A DNA stretch of 64,000 nt, taken from contig JBEUKZ010000047.1 in NCBI GenBank assembly GCA_048128005.1, positions 186,001-250,000 on the forward strand, written 5' to 3'. The notes under the pieces were generated by a model. The model was not told the origin of the DNA and ran no database searches. It was given only the letters and a program-made list of their open reading frames with translations. This document shows positions 33,630-46,380 of this stretch, piece after piece (the stretch's first letter is position 1; each line of letters opens with the position of its first letter). A program made the translations under genes and the position numbers. The stretch comes from Veleropilina oligotropha (taxonomy: Eukaryota).

Positions 33630-36600
33630 TTATAATTTATAAAAAATATTTACCTGTTTTAAAAATTCAAATACGGCTTCGAGCTTATTAAGATTAAAAA
33701 GCTCTTGGAGTGAATTGGCCCTAAAATACCATTGGCGTGCGAGATCCAAATCGACACAATCCAATAATATATGTTAATTGTTAGGGTGGTTGCACAAGGA
33801 ATACACTCGGGTGGAGGCTCCACTTTAAGCAAGTAGGAGTGAGTGTAGTGAGAATGCCCAATCCTCGGTCTGGCAAAGACCACCTCCTCTCGCCGAGTTG
33901 GTCTGCAAGAGGGGTCCCAATCGCCAAGAAGAGGTTGAACATTCTGCAGTTTATTCCTTGTGCATTCACTCCAAGAGTGCTGCCAGGTAGAATTTATATA
34001 TTTGTTTATGCTTTGTTTAAAATCTGAGTGTGGTAATTTATAATTTAGTGTATTGTTAAAATGTGAGGCTGCCTTGGCAGCTTGGTCAGCCTTCTCATTG
34101 CCTTGGATACCGATATGGCTCGGTATCCAGCATAAAATAATGTCATTATCAGGTAAAAGGTTGTTATAGTTTAATAAAATTTCCTGAACAATAACATTTT
34201 TATTCATCTCCCTCAGTGCTTGTAAGCTAGAGAGGGAGTCTGAATAGATAATAAAACGCCGTTTAGTACTTGTAGAGATAAAATTAAGAGCAAGCTCGAT
34301 TGCTTTTAGTTCTGCAGTATATATAGTCGCACTGCCTGGCAGACGGTTTTGAAAACATTGTCTGCCAGTGACAGCGGCTGCTCCTACTAATTCTGCATCT
34401 TTTGAACCATCTGTGTATATGCTTGCACGATCTGAATATTTTAATTTCAGATCGTGCACTTTTATGAGATAATCTGATGTGTCTGTGTTTGATTTTTTGA
34501 GTGATGTAAGTTGTAGATCAATTACCGGTACTTTTAGTGTCCATGGTGGAGTATCCGGAATGTGATTTGTTTTAATTTGACCTACATGTATGCCTGCGTT
34601 TTCTAGTGCTGGTTTGATGCGGATGCCAAATGGTGCAATTTTGTTTGGTTTTGCCTGGTATAGATGTTCATAATTTGGTGTAAATACAGTTTCGAAAGCA
34701 GTGTTAGATGGATTTGATTTTAATTTTATTGCATATTGTTGTGATAATTTTTCACGTCTGAGTGTAAGAGATGGTTCATTGGCTTCGACATAGAGTTCCA
34801 TGGGTGATGTGCGGAAAGCCCCCAGTGCAAGTCGAAGCCCTTGGTTATGGATTGGATCAAGCATTTTAAGGTATGAATGGCGAGCAGAGCCATATACAAT
34901 GCTCCCATAATCAAGTTTAGATCTAATTAAAGATCTATATAATCTAAGTAAAACTTTTTTATCCGCACCCCATTCAGTATTAGAAACTACTTTCATTATA
35001 TTTAAAGCTTTTTTACATTTAGCTTTAATGTATTTTAAATGCGGTATGAAAGACAGTTTTCGGTCAAATACAAGGCCTAAAAATTTAAATTGATCTACCA
35101 CTGGAATATCAAAGTCATCCAGCTTCAACACAGGGTCGTCATGTATTTCACGACGCTGGCAGAAGTGCATGCATTTAGTTTTGTCCTTTGAGAATTTGAA
35201 TCCGTTCTCATCGGACCATGTCTGTAATTTATTTAGGCCATATTGTAGCTGACGTTCTATACTGTTCATATTTGCTGAACGATAGCAAATGCCAAAATCG
35301 TCAACAAATAATGAACAGTCAGTGCCAGTACTAATACATTTGACGATACTGTTTATTTTAATACTGAATAGGGTGACTGATAAAATACGTCCTTGAGGGA
35401 CACCCATCTCCTGGTCGTGGATATCGGAGAGGGTGTCACCCACCTTGACTTGAAAATTTCTATCCTCAAGGAATTTCGAAATAAAATTGGGCAAGTGGCC
35501 CTTTAAACCAAAATCAAATAAATCCTTCATAATCCCGTACTTCCAAGTAGTGTCGTAGGCCTTCTCGAGATCGAAAAAAACAGCAACTAAATGTTGTCTG
35601 TTTAGGAAGGCCTCACGAACAAAAGTTTCCAGACGTACCAAGTGGTCTGTGGTGCTCCGGTTGCGCCGGAACCCACATTGGTATTCTGTAAGCAAATTAT
35701 TTGATTTTAAGTACCAAACTAATCTCGTTTATCATCTGTTCCATGGTTTTACAAATACAACTCGTCAGGGCTATGGGTCGATAACTGTTGGGATGTGATG
35801 TATCTTTCCCTGCCTTTGCAATTGGGATAATGGTAGCTTCCCTCCACGAGGGAGGGAAGGTTCCAGTTTCCCAGATAGTATTGAATATTGCAAGTAGAGT
35901 TGTAAATGATGTTCCGTGTAAGTGCTTAAGTAATTGATAGTGAATGTCATCAGGGCCAACTGATGTGTCATTTGCCTTGTTTAGTGAATATGTGAGTTCC
36001 CTGTGTGAAAATGGCTGATTGTATGACTCGGTATTGTTTGATCTAAAATTGAGCCTTGTTTTTTCCTTTTGATGTTTAAAATGGCTAAATTTTGGGGTGC
36101 AGTTGTCGGATGATGAATTGGCAGAAAAGGTATCTGCCAATGTGTTTGCAATGTCTTTAGCTGTGGTTGCTTCTGATGTGGTTGTTTTAAGGATGCAGTT
36201 GGGTGTATGCTTTCCGCTGATCTTACAGATCATATCCCATGTTTTTTTAATAGTGGAACGAGAGTTTAGTTTGGTAACGTAGGAATGCCAGGATTCCCTT
36301 TTGCTTTGCTTGATGATACGTCTGGGTTGTGCTCTTAATAGCCTAAAGCTATTAAGATTTTGTGGTGTTGGGTGCTGTTTAAATGTTGAAATTGCATGTA
36401 TGCGTGCTTTGATTGCTTGTCTGCAGTCTTCATTGAACCAAGGTTTATTTTTGTGTTTGGCATTTGGACAGGTCTTTGGAATTGAGAGTGTTGCAATGTC
36501 ATGTAGTGTTGCAGAGAAACTTGATATTGGGTCTTCGCCATTAGTGAATTGATTTGAGTGTAATTGCTCTTCGCAAAGAGATTGGAATTTCCCCCAATCT

Positions 36601-37301
36601 GCTTTGCGAAGTTTCCACCTTTTTGTATGTTCTTGTGCTTGATTGATGGTGCTTTCCAGGAAAATTGGAAAGTGGTCGCTTCCACAGAGGTCCTCACCAA
36701 CTTTCCAAGTAAAGTCCAGGAAAGCAGATGGGTCGCACATGGTAAGGTCAATGGTAGTAAGTGAGCCTGTAGGTGGATGCATGTATGTTGGCGATTTGGT
36801 AGTGTTAAATAGACACAAATTGTGTCTCCCAATAAAGTCCTCTATCTGATGCCCCCGTTTATCAGTGTCAGTACCACCCCAATCGAAACTGTGGGCATTA
36901 AAGTCTCCACACAGTACAAATGGGATTGGTAGCTGGTTGATGAGATCATCAAGATCAGTAGAACGTAAATTCACACTAGGTGGTAAGTATACCGAGCAAA
37001 TGGTTATTACTCGGTGAGCCGATATTTTTATTGCTACTGCTTGTAAGTTGGTGTTTAAGTTGACCTGACTGTGTGGTGTTTTATTGTTGACGATGATTGA
37101 AACCCCCCCTGTAGCCTTGTCACCAGTGGTGATAATGTGATTGTATAGTGAGTGGTCTTTGATATGTATGTTGTCTGTGAGTTTCATGTAAGTTTCATTA
37201 AGACAAAATGCTATTGGTTTATGATCTTGAATTAGTATATTGATCTCATCGATATTTGGTTTAATGCCTCTACAATTCCATTGTATTAATGTGCCTGCCA
37301 T
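33630..37301 (-). pseudogene. LINE D ORF2, frameshifted
   Basis: ORFs 35697-37349 (APE) and 33659-35695 (RT-RNase H); further frameshift near 33775. Confidence 0.9.
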
Positions 37302-37348
37302 GTTGGTATAATGGTGTGTTTTGTAATTTGTTAGCAAAGCTGTATGCA

Positions 37349-38830
37349 TTATTTGTCACTTTTTTGGGGTGGAAGTACGGGTTTTATGTTAGGTTTTGGC
37401 TTTGCTGGTGGCAGATCCAATGGATGGTCGTCGTCCATTGGATCATCGACAGACGGTGGCGGATTTGGTGGCTCGTCCACCACCTTAGTCTGTCGGTTTG
37501 GCTTTACTTTAGCTGCTGCTGCTGCCTGCCTATCCTTCGCGGTAGCAGCAGCAACTATGTCAGCGGCAAGGTCGTTGATGATGGTGTCAGGATCGCTTTG
37601 GTCATCTGATGGTTCGATGGTATCCATCAGATGGTCAAAGCGATTGTGCAGCTTAATTGGGTCCTCGGATCTTTTGGGCTGCCTCCTGTCATATGTCATT
37701 CGCTTTGATGATGGTGTTTTTTCAGCGGTGGGTTTTGATGTTGTATTAAGCGATAGGTTGGATGTTTGTGTAGTACTAGTAATTTTGGATGATGATTCAG
37801 ATGACTTTGGCCGAGATGGCAAAATTTTGAAGGTGGAACAGTCGAATGGCCAAGTAATGTCAGTTTGCACTGAAGACGACCGAGTAGGTGGCTTTGACTC
37901 GACTGCAGCAATTGAAGCATAAGACTTGCCCGAAGGAGCCTTGGGAGTCCTAGACTCCACGGCTCTCCTGGCATCAGGGAAGGAGATTCGGTCGATGGTC
38001 TTGACCCGCTGAATCTCCTTCTCATGTTTCCATTTCGGGCAGTCTTTGGAGTAAGCGCAATGCTTACCCTGGCAATTACTGCAGCAAGGTGTCTTTGTAC
38101 ACGAGTCAGACTCGTGGCCTTCTTCACTGCATCTGGCACACGCGGAATTCCGTCTGCATCGATCCTTATGGTGTCCAAATGACTGGCATTTGAAACACCT
38201 CAAGGGGTTAGGGATGTAAGAATCAACAGGGATGCTTACAAATCCAGCCTTGATAGTCTTGGGTAATACTGGAAGGTCAAATTCCAGGATGAAGGTGTTA
38301 ATTGGCACTCGCTTGCCATCCTTGCTGATTGTGATGCGTATAACCTTAGTTACACCCTGGTCCTTCAGGCCTTCCAGTAATTCTAGATCACTGCATCCCT
38401 GCAGATCCCTAGATCTAATAACACCCTTGGATGAATTTAAGGTCCGATGCGGACGGATCTCAACTGGAATGTTGATAAAAGTTGTCGTTTTCAGGAGATT
38501 TTCCACGTGGCTCTTTCTGGCACATTCGACCAGCAGTTTGCCATCTCTTAGTTTCTTGACCATTTTGGGTTCGCCAGCCAGGCCAAGAATGGCCTTGGCA
38601 ATGGCGAACGGACTGAGTGTTGTAATTTGTATATCAGATTTAGACTCTATGGTCAAGAAACGTGGCCAATTGTTGTCACGGTACACCGGAGTATTTGATG
38701 TTTCTTTGGATTTGTTTTCCAAGTACTCTTCTTGGCTTAACCTATACTGTGCCAGGTAATAGTCATCTGGATCATCATCGAATTTATCATAGTTTAGATG
38801 TCGGCGTTTTATTGAATGTGGTGTTGCCAT
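37349..38830 (-). CDS. LINE D ORF1
   Basis: Three CCHC-type knuckles; ATG at MATPHSIKRR. Confidence 0.9.
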   Translation of the reverse strand: MATPHSIKRRHLNYDKFDDDPDDYYLAQYRLSQEEYLENKSKETSNTPVYRDNNWPRFLTIESKSDIQITTLSPFAIAKAILGLAGEPKMVKKLRDGKLLVECARKSHVENLLKTTTFINIPVEIRPHRTLNSSKGVIRSRDLQGCSDLELLEGLKDQGVTKVIRITISKDGKRVPINTFILEFDLPVLPKTIKAGFVSIPVDSYIPNPLRCFKCQSFGHHKDRCRRNSACARCSEEGHESDSCTKTPCCSNCQGKHCAYSKDCPKWKHEKEIQRVKTIDRISFPDARRAVESRTPKAPSGKSYASIAAVESKPPTRSSSVQTDITWPFDCSTFKILPSRPKSSESSSKITSTTQTSNLSLNTTSKPTAEKTPSSKRMTYDRRQPKRSEDPIKLHNRFDHLMDTIEPSDDQSDPDTIINDLAADIVAAATAKDRQAAAAAKVKPNRQTKVVDEPPNPPPSVDDPMDDDHPLDLPPAKPKPNIKPVLPPQKSDK

Positions 38831-39400
38831 ATTGTTGTGTGTTAGTTTCGTCACCCGAGGTCCCCGCCCACCCCGGAGCCCAACAAGGGGGCATTTAACA
38901 GGTGCGGGGTTCCAGCACCCAATGCCAGGGATACCCAGGTGATATACTCAAATAAGTGAATGAATATTAGTGGTGGGAAGTGTATATCCCACCATTCATT
39001 CCTCACTTGATTGGCCCTTCAGCCACCGCCTTCTGGGATATAGATCAATGAGTGGTATATGATCTATTGTAATATTTGATTTGATTTGATGTTTAACGAC
39101 CACGCCGACACTAATGGTCATAATCGGGTCGGTCAAGTTAATTATACAATAGCTTAATATAAAAGGTTAAAAGTTGAGATATATATATTTACTAATAAAA
39201 TATCAATGCAATAAAACATATGTGATAAATAATAAAAACAATTCAATATATTTACAAGTAAAATAAACACAATGCAAATTTGGATAAAAATAAGATCAAA
39301 TGTTTGCTAAAAACGAGTATAATAATAAAATAGTATAATAATAAAATAAAATAAATTTATATAGTATTTAGTCATAAAGGAAATAAAAGTATAAATAAAA

Positions 39401-42400
39401 TTATAACTTATGGAAAATATTTACCTGTTTTAAAAATTCAAATACGGCTTCGAGCTTATTAAGATTAAATAACTCTTGGAGTGAATTTGCCCTAAAATAC
39501 CTCTGGCGTGCGAGATCCAAATCGACACAATCCAATAATATATGTTTAATTGTTAGGGCAGTTGCACAAGGAATACACTCAGGTGGAGGCTCCCATTTAA
39601 GCAAGTAGGAGTGAGTGTAGTGAGAATGCCCAATTCTCAGTCTGGCCAAGACGACCTCCTCTCGCCGAGATGGCCTGCAAGAGGGTCCCCAGTCACCAAG
39701 AAGAGGTTGGACATTCTGCAGTTTATTCCTTGTGCATTCACTCCAAGAGTGCTGCCAAGTAGAATTTATATATTTGTTTATGCTTTGTTTAAAATCTGAG
39801 TGTGGTAGTTTACAATTTAGTATATTGTTAAAATGTGAGGCTGCCTTGGCAGCTTGGTCAGCCCTCTCATTGCCTTGGATACCGATATGGCTCGGTATCC
39901 AGCATAAAACAATGTCATTGTCAGGTAAAAGGTTGTTATAGTTTAATAAAATTTCCTGAACAATAACGTTTCTATTCATCTCCCTCAGTGCTTGTAAGCT
40001 AGAGAGGGAGTCTGAATAGATAATAAAACGCCGTTTAGTACTTGTAGAGATAAAATTAAGAGCAAGCTCGATTGCTTTTAGTTCTGCAGTATATATAGTC
40101 GCGCTGCCTGGCAGACGGTTTTGAAAACATTGTCTGCCAGTGACAGCGGCTGCTCCTACTAATTCTGCATCTTTTGAACCATCTGTGTATATGCTTGCAC
40201 GATCTGAATATTTTAATTTCAGATCGTGCACTTTTGTGAGATAATCTGTTGTTTCTGTGTTTGATTTTTTGAGTGATGTAAGTTGTAGATCAATTACCGG
40301 TACTTTTAGTGTCCATGGTGGAGTATCCGGAATGTGAATTGTTTTAATTTGACCTACATGTATGCCTGCATTTTCTAGTGCTGGTTTTATGCGGATGCCA
40401 AACGGTGCAATTTTGTTTGGTTTTGCCTGAAATAGATTTTCGTAATTTGGTGTATAGACATTTTCGAAAGCTGGGTTAGATGGATTTGATTTTAATTTTA
40501 TTGCATATTGTAGTGATAGTTTTTCACGTCTAAGTGTAAGAGATGGTTCATTGGCTTCGACATAGAGGCTTTCCATGGGCGATGTGCGAAAAGCCCCTAG
40601 TGCAAGTCGAAGCCCTTGATTATGGATTGGATCAAGCATTTTAAGATATGAATGGCGAGCAGAGCCATATACTATGCTCCCATAATCAAGTTTTGATCTA
40701 ATTAATGATCTATATAGTCGTAATAAAACTGTTTTATCAGCACCCCATTCAGTATTAGAAACTACTTTCATTATATTTAAAGCCTTTTTACATTTGGCTT
40801 TGATGTATTTTATATGGGGTATGAAAGACAGTTTGCGGTCAAATATAAGGCCTAAAAATTTAAATTGCTCCACCACTGGAATCTCAAAGTCATCCAGTTT
40901 CAGCACAGGGTCGTCATGAATTTCACGACGCTGGCAGAAATGCATGCATTTAGTTTTGTCCTTTGAGAATTTAAATCCGTTCTCATCGGACCATATCTGT
41001 AATTTATTTAGGCCATGTTGTAGCTGGCGTTCTATACTGTTCATATTTGTTGAACGATAGCAAATACCAAAATCGTCAACAAATAATGAACAGTCAGTGC
41101 CAGCACTAATACATTTGACGATACTGTTTATTTTAATACTGAATAGGGTGACTGATAAAATGCTTCCTTGAGGGACACCCATCTCCTGGTCGTGGATATC
41201 GGAGAGGGTGTCACCCACCTTGACTTGAAAATTTCTATCCTCAAGGAATTTCGAAATAAAATGGGGCAAGTGGCCCTTTAAACCAAAATCAAACAAATCC
41301 TTCATAATCCCGTACTTCCAAGTAGTGTCGTAGGCCTTCTCTAGATCGAAAAAAACAGCAACTAAATGTTGTCTGTTTAGGAAGGCCTCACAAACAAAGT
41401 TTCCAAACGTACCAAGTGATCTGTGGTGCTCCGGTTGCGCCGGAACCCACTTTGATATTCTGTAAGTAAATTATTTGATTCTAAGTACCAAACTAATCTC
41501 TCATTTATCATCCGTTCCATGGTTTTACAAATACAACTCGTCAGGGCTATGGGTCGATAACTGTTAGGATGTGATGTATCTTTCCCTGCCTTTGCAATTG
41601 GGATAATAATAGCTTCCCCCCACGAGGGAGGGAAGGTTCCCGTTTTCCAGATAGTATTGAATATTGCAAGTAGAGTTGTAAGTGATGTTCCAGGTAAGTG
41701 CTTAAGTAATTGATAGTGAATGTCATCAGGGCCAACTGATGTGTCATGTGCCTTGTTTAGTGAATCTGTGAGTTCCTTGTGTGAAAATGGCTGATTGTAT
41801 GACTCGGTATTGTGTGATCTAAAATTGAGCCTTGTTTTTATTTCTGATGTTTAAAACGGCTGAATTTTGGAGTGCAGTTGTCGGATGATGAATTGGCAGA
41901 AAATGTGTCTGCCAAGGTGTTTGCGATGTCTTTAGCTGTGTCGGCTTCTGAATTGTTTGTTTTAAGGTGCTTGATGCAGTTGGGTGTATGCTTGCCACTG
42001 ATTTTACGGATCATATCCCATGTTTTTTTAATAGTGGAACGAGAGTTTAGTTTGGTAACGTAGGAATGCCAGGATTCCCTTTTGCTTTGCTTGATGGTAC
42101 GTCTGGCTTTTGCTCTTAATAGCCTAAAGCTATTAAGATTGTGTAGTGTTGGGTGCTGTTTGAATGTTGAAATTACATGTATGCGTGTTTTGATTGCTTG
42201 TCTGCAGTCTTCATTAAACCAAGGTTTATTTTTGTATTTGGTATTTGGGCAGGTTTTTGGAATTGAGAGTGTTGCAATGTCGTGTAATGTTGTAGAGAAA
42301 CTTGATATTTGGTCATCGCCATTAGTGAAGTTATTTAAGTGTAATTGCTCTTCGCAAAGAGATTGGAATTTTCCCCAATCTGCTTTGTGAAGTTTCCACC

Positions 42401-43082
42401 TTTCAGTATGTAACTGTGTTTGATTTATTGTGCTTTCCAGGAAAATTGGAAAGTGGTCGCTTCCGCAAAGGTCTTTACCAACTTTCCAAGTAAAGTCCAG
42501 GAAAGCACATGGGTCGCACATGGTAAGGTCAATGGTGGTAAGTGAGCCTGTAGGTGGATGCATGTATGTTGGCGATTTGGTAGTATTAAATAGACACATA
42601 TTGTGTCTCCCAATAAAGTCCTCTATTTGATGTCCCCGTTTATCAGTGTCAGTACCGCCCCAATCAGTACTATGGGCGTTAAAATCGCCACACAGTACAA
42701 ATGGGGTCGGTAGCTGATCGATGAGATCGTCAAGGTCAGTAGGATGTATGTTTATGCTAGGTGGTAAGTATACCGAGCAAATAGTTATCACTCGGTGAAT
42801 TGATATTTTCACCGCTACTGCCTGTAAGTTGGTGTTTAAGTTGACCTGGCTATGTGGTGTTCTGTTATTGATGATGATTGAAACCCCACCTGTAGCCTTG
42901 TCACCTGTGGTGACAATGTGATTATATAGTGAGTGATCTTTAATGCGTATGTTGTCTGTGAGTTTCATGTAAGTTTCATTGAGACAAAATGCTATTGGTT
43001 TGTGGTCTTGTATAAGTAAATTGATCTCATCAATATTTGGTTTAATGCCTCTACAATTCCATTGTATTAGTGTACCTGTCAT
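39401..43082 (-). pseudogene. LINE E ORF2, premature stop (41838) and frameshift (~41395)
   Basis: ORFs 41838-43082 and 39401-41305; intervening DNA is collinear with other copies. Confidence 0.92.
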
Positions 43083-43138
43083 GTTGTGTTGTTGGTGTGT
43101 TTATGTAAGTAATTCGTGTATGGTGCTTTACTATTTTA

Positions 43139-44623
43139 CTACTTGTTTGGTGGAAGTACGGGCTTTTTTGAAGGTATGGGCTTTGCCGCTGGCCGATCCA
43201 ATGGTTTATCGTCCATTGGATCGTCGACAGACGGTGGTGGTTGGGGTGGATCATCCACCGCCTTGGTCTGTCGGTTTACCTTTACTTTGACTGCTGCTGC
43301 TGCCGTCCTACCCTTCTCGGTAGCAGCAGCAACTATGTCAGCGGCAAGGTCGTTGATGATGGTGTCAGGATCGCTTTGGTCATCTGATGGTTCGATGGTA
43401 TCCATCAGGTGGTCAAAGCGATTATGCAGCTTAATTGGGTCCTCGGACCCTTTGGGCTGTCTGTCTGGTTTAATATGTGTTCTTTTTGGGACTGCTGCTT
43501 TTGAAACGGCAGCAGTCTCTTTTTTCGAATTGCGAGTAGGTTTATTTGACGGCTTGATTGGTTTCGATGTTTGTGTTGATTCTGATGATGATGATGCTAA
43601 ATTGCTTCGAGATGGCAAAGTGCTGAAAAAAGCTTCGCCAAATGGCCAGGTAATATCCGTTTGTGTCGAAGAGGATCTAGTGACTGGCTTTTGCTCCGGT
43701 GCTGCAGCAATTGCAGCATAGGATTTACCCGAAGTGGTCCTGGATTCAACCAGTTTCCTGGCATCAGGGAAAGAGATCCGGTCGATAGTTTTGACCCTTT
43801 GGATCTCTTTCTCATGCTTCCACTTCGGGCAGTCCTTAGAGTAAGCAAAATGCTTACCCTTGCAATTGCAGCATAGTGGTGGCTTGGAGCAGGAGTCAGA
43901 CTCGTGACCCTCCTCGCTACATCGAGCACATGCGGGATTCCTTCTGCATCGGTCCTTGTGATGCCCAAATGACTGGCATTTGAAGCATCTCAAGGGGTTT
44001 GGGATGTAGGGCTCAACAGGGATGATTATATAACCAGCTTTAATTGTTCTCGGTAGAACAGGAAGGCGGAAGTCCAGAATGATGGTATTGATGGGGATCT
44101 TCTTTCCATCTTTAAACATGGTCAGGCGTGTGACCTTGGTCACACCCTGACTCTTCATGCCTTCCAGCAGTTCCTGTTCACTGCATCCCTGCAGATCCCT
44201 AGATCTAATAACTCCCTTGGAGCTGTTCAAGGACCGATGCGGTCTGATTTCTACGGGAATATTAACAAATTTATCAGTTCGAAGGAGATTCTCCGCATGG
44301 CTCTTCCTGGCGCATTCGACCAGCAGGGTGCCATCTCGAAGTTTCTTAACGGATCGAGGTTCGCCCGCAAGGCCAAGGATGGCCTTGGAGATAGCGAATG
44401 GACTCAATGAAGTAATTGGTGTATTTGAGTTCAGTGCCTCGATTGTCAAGAAACGGGGCCAACTTTCCGGTACAGGTGGAGGAGGATTAGGCAGATATGG
44501 TGCCTCTATCTCAGGATGATATGGGGTAGACCGGAAAGCGGCCATGAATTTAGCATCTTCGTCGTCATCATCTTTTGAATTTTTTCGCCGTTTAGCTGCA
44601 TTATTGTACGTTTTGTGTGTCAT
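43139..44623 (-). CDS. LINE E ORF1
   Basis: Zinc knuckles; intact frame. Confidence 0.9.
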   Translation of the reverse strand: MTHKTYNNAAKRRKNSKDDDDEDAKFMAAFRSTPYHPEIEAPYLPNPPPPVPESWPRFLTIEALNSNTPITSLSPFAISKAILGLAGEPRSVKKLRDGTLLVECARKSHAENLLRTDKFVNIPVEIRPHRSLNSSKGVIRSRDLQGCSEQELLEGMKSQGVTKVTRLTMFKDGKKIPINTIILDFRLPVLPRTIKAGYIIIPVEPYIPNPLRCFKCQSFGHHKDRCRRNPACARCSEEGHESDSCSKPPLCCNCKGKHFAYSKDCPKWKHEKEIQRVKTIDRISFPDARKLVESRTTSGKSYAAIAAAPEQKPVTRSSSTQTDITWPFGEAFFSTLPSRSNLASSSSESTQTSKPIKPSNKPTRNSKKETAAVSKAAVPKRTHIKPDRQPKGSEDPIKLHNRFDHLMDTIEPSDDQSDPDTIINDLAADIVAAATEKGRTAAAAVKVKVNRQTKAVDDPPQPPPSVDDPMDDKPLDRPAAKPIPSKKPVLPPNK

Positions 44624-45462
44624 TATTTGTGTATTGCGTTTCGTCACCCGAGGTCCCCGCCCACCCCGGAGCCCAACAAGGGGGCATTGAATGGGTGCGG
44701 AGTTCCAGCACCCAATGCCAGGGATACCCGGGTGATATACTCAAATAAGTAATGAATATTAGTGGTGGGAAGTGTGTATCCCACCATTCATTCCTCACTT
44801 GATTGACCCTTCAGCCACCGCCTTCTGGGATATAGATCAATGGATGTTAAGTGATCTATGATATGACATGTTTTTAAAATGTAAAATTTAAATGATGTTA
44901 AGATTAAATGTTAATTTATCCCAGGGCACGGCGTGACAAGCCGATTGATCAGATAGGGCCTATCTGACCTCCCGTCTAGCTGAATCCGAGGCCAAAGTAG
45001 TGTGTTGCCTCAGCCTAGACTGAAGCTCAACTACCAGGACCCTCTTTTCCAACACCACGAGTCGCCACCCACGGCCAACAGGTGGCTCCCATTTGGGGGG
45101 ATCTTACCCCTCTGCAGGGAGAGCAGTCGGCATATTCTAACCCCTAACCGACTGGGGGGTCTATTGTAATAAATGTATTATGATGTGAATGTAGATAATA
45201 TTAAATGTTATATCTAAAGTATCCCAGGGCACGGCGTGACAAGCCGATTGATCAGATAGGGCCTATCTGACCTCCCGTCTAGCTGAATCCGAGGCCAAAG
45301 TAGTGTGTTGCTTCAGCCGAGGCCGAAGCTCAACTACCAGGACCCTCTTCTCCAACATCACGGGTCGCCACCCACGGCAAACAGGTGGCTCCCATTTGGG
45401 GGGATCTTACCCCTCTGCAGGGAGAGCAGTCGGCATATTCTAACCCATAACCGACTGGGGGG

Positions 45463-46380
45463 TCGTAGACTGGAAGCGGGAGAGGCGGGGAGGGGGGGAC
45501 AAAAGAAGCTGGCCTCAAAAGCCGTCGCAGCTTTTCAGACAGCCGACAATGAGTTGAGCGGCACGGCCGCCAAGGTAGACAACGTAGAACTGCGGGACTT
45601 GGGGCAGACCGCTACAGATGCGGCATCTGCAATCCACACAATGGAGACGACCTTCACAGATGCTGAGGTTGAAGAGATCTTAGGCACGATGGGGGACCCT
45701 CCATTAAATCTTCGTGAGCTTCGCGGGCTTGACAAGGCGATGCAGACAATCCGGGGCGAGCTAACCAACAACTTAGCCAAACTATCGGCGCTTGACGACC
45801 ACATAGCGCTGGAGAAAGGGAAGCTCGATCAGGCAGATGAAGGGGGGGGGGTGTGGAAGAGTTTGTCCGTCGACGAATCGCGGAGCGAGCAGCTCGCCTA
45901 GAGGCAGCCGGGTCCAGCCGGGAAGCCCTTCGCTCTCAAATCAGCCGGATCCGAGAGATGATAAGTCGGATTCTCCACTCAGACACGACGCTGGCCGAGC
46001 GCATCCGGACCCTGTTTCGCGAGCAGGGGGTCACAATTGTGACCATACTCACCGCGATTGGTATGGCCATGTCGACTTTGGTACTAGCCCTAACAGGCGG
46101 AGCGCCGAGCATACCACAACCACCACCACCTTCCAGTGGTCAAGGTGTGAAGGAGTGGGTAAAAAAGCAGCTGCAGAACCTGGGTCGGATTCTGGGTAAA
46201 CTAGCGGGGAAGGTGGCAGCGGCACTCCCAGGCATGATTGGAAGCCTGATTTCCTGGCTTATCAACCTGGTTGGCAAGACAGCGTCGTGGCTTGCTGAGA
46301 ACCTGTGGGCTGTGATTATATCTGTGGGGGGCTTGCTTCTTATGGCCGCTAGCCAGTTTGGGGTGCTGCCAGCCAAATAA
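45463..46380 (+). pseudogene. Coiled-coil/membrane protein homolog of 11092-12418, 5'-truncated by LINE D
   Basis: Shares EILGTMGDPPLNLRELRGLDKAMQTIRGELTNNLAKL and TLAERIRTLFREQGVTI. Confidence 0.8.

Larger units (their letters stand above)
39075..45159 (-). mobile_element. LINE copy E, full length, 12-bp TSD, nested in the 5' UTR of D
   Basis: TSD TCTATTGTAATA at 39063-39074 and 45160-45171; (AAATC)n tail at 39075. Confidence 0.95.
33501..45462 (-). mobile_element. LINE copy D (33501-39074 plus 45160-45462), 3' tail deleted, 5' UTR interrupted by copy E
   Basis: The 5' UTR resumes after the TSD of E at 45160 and ends at G-run 45457-45462, which abuts viral gene sequence TCGTAGACTGG. Confidence 0.9.

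Noticed and set aside
44917..45462. Apparent tandem duplication of the LINE 5' UTR (like L1 monomers)
   Set aside because: The 12-bp TSD TCTATTGTAATA shows that the second copy is the 5' end of host element D, split by insertion of E.
45305..45901. 198-aa ORF as a real gene
   Set aside because: Chimeric read-through from antisense LINE 5' UTR into the truncated viral gene.
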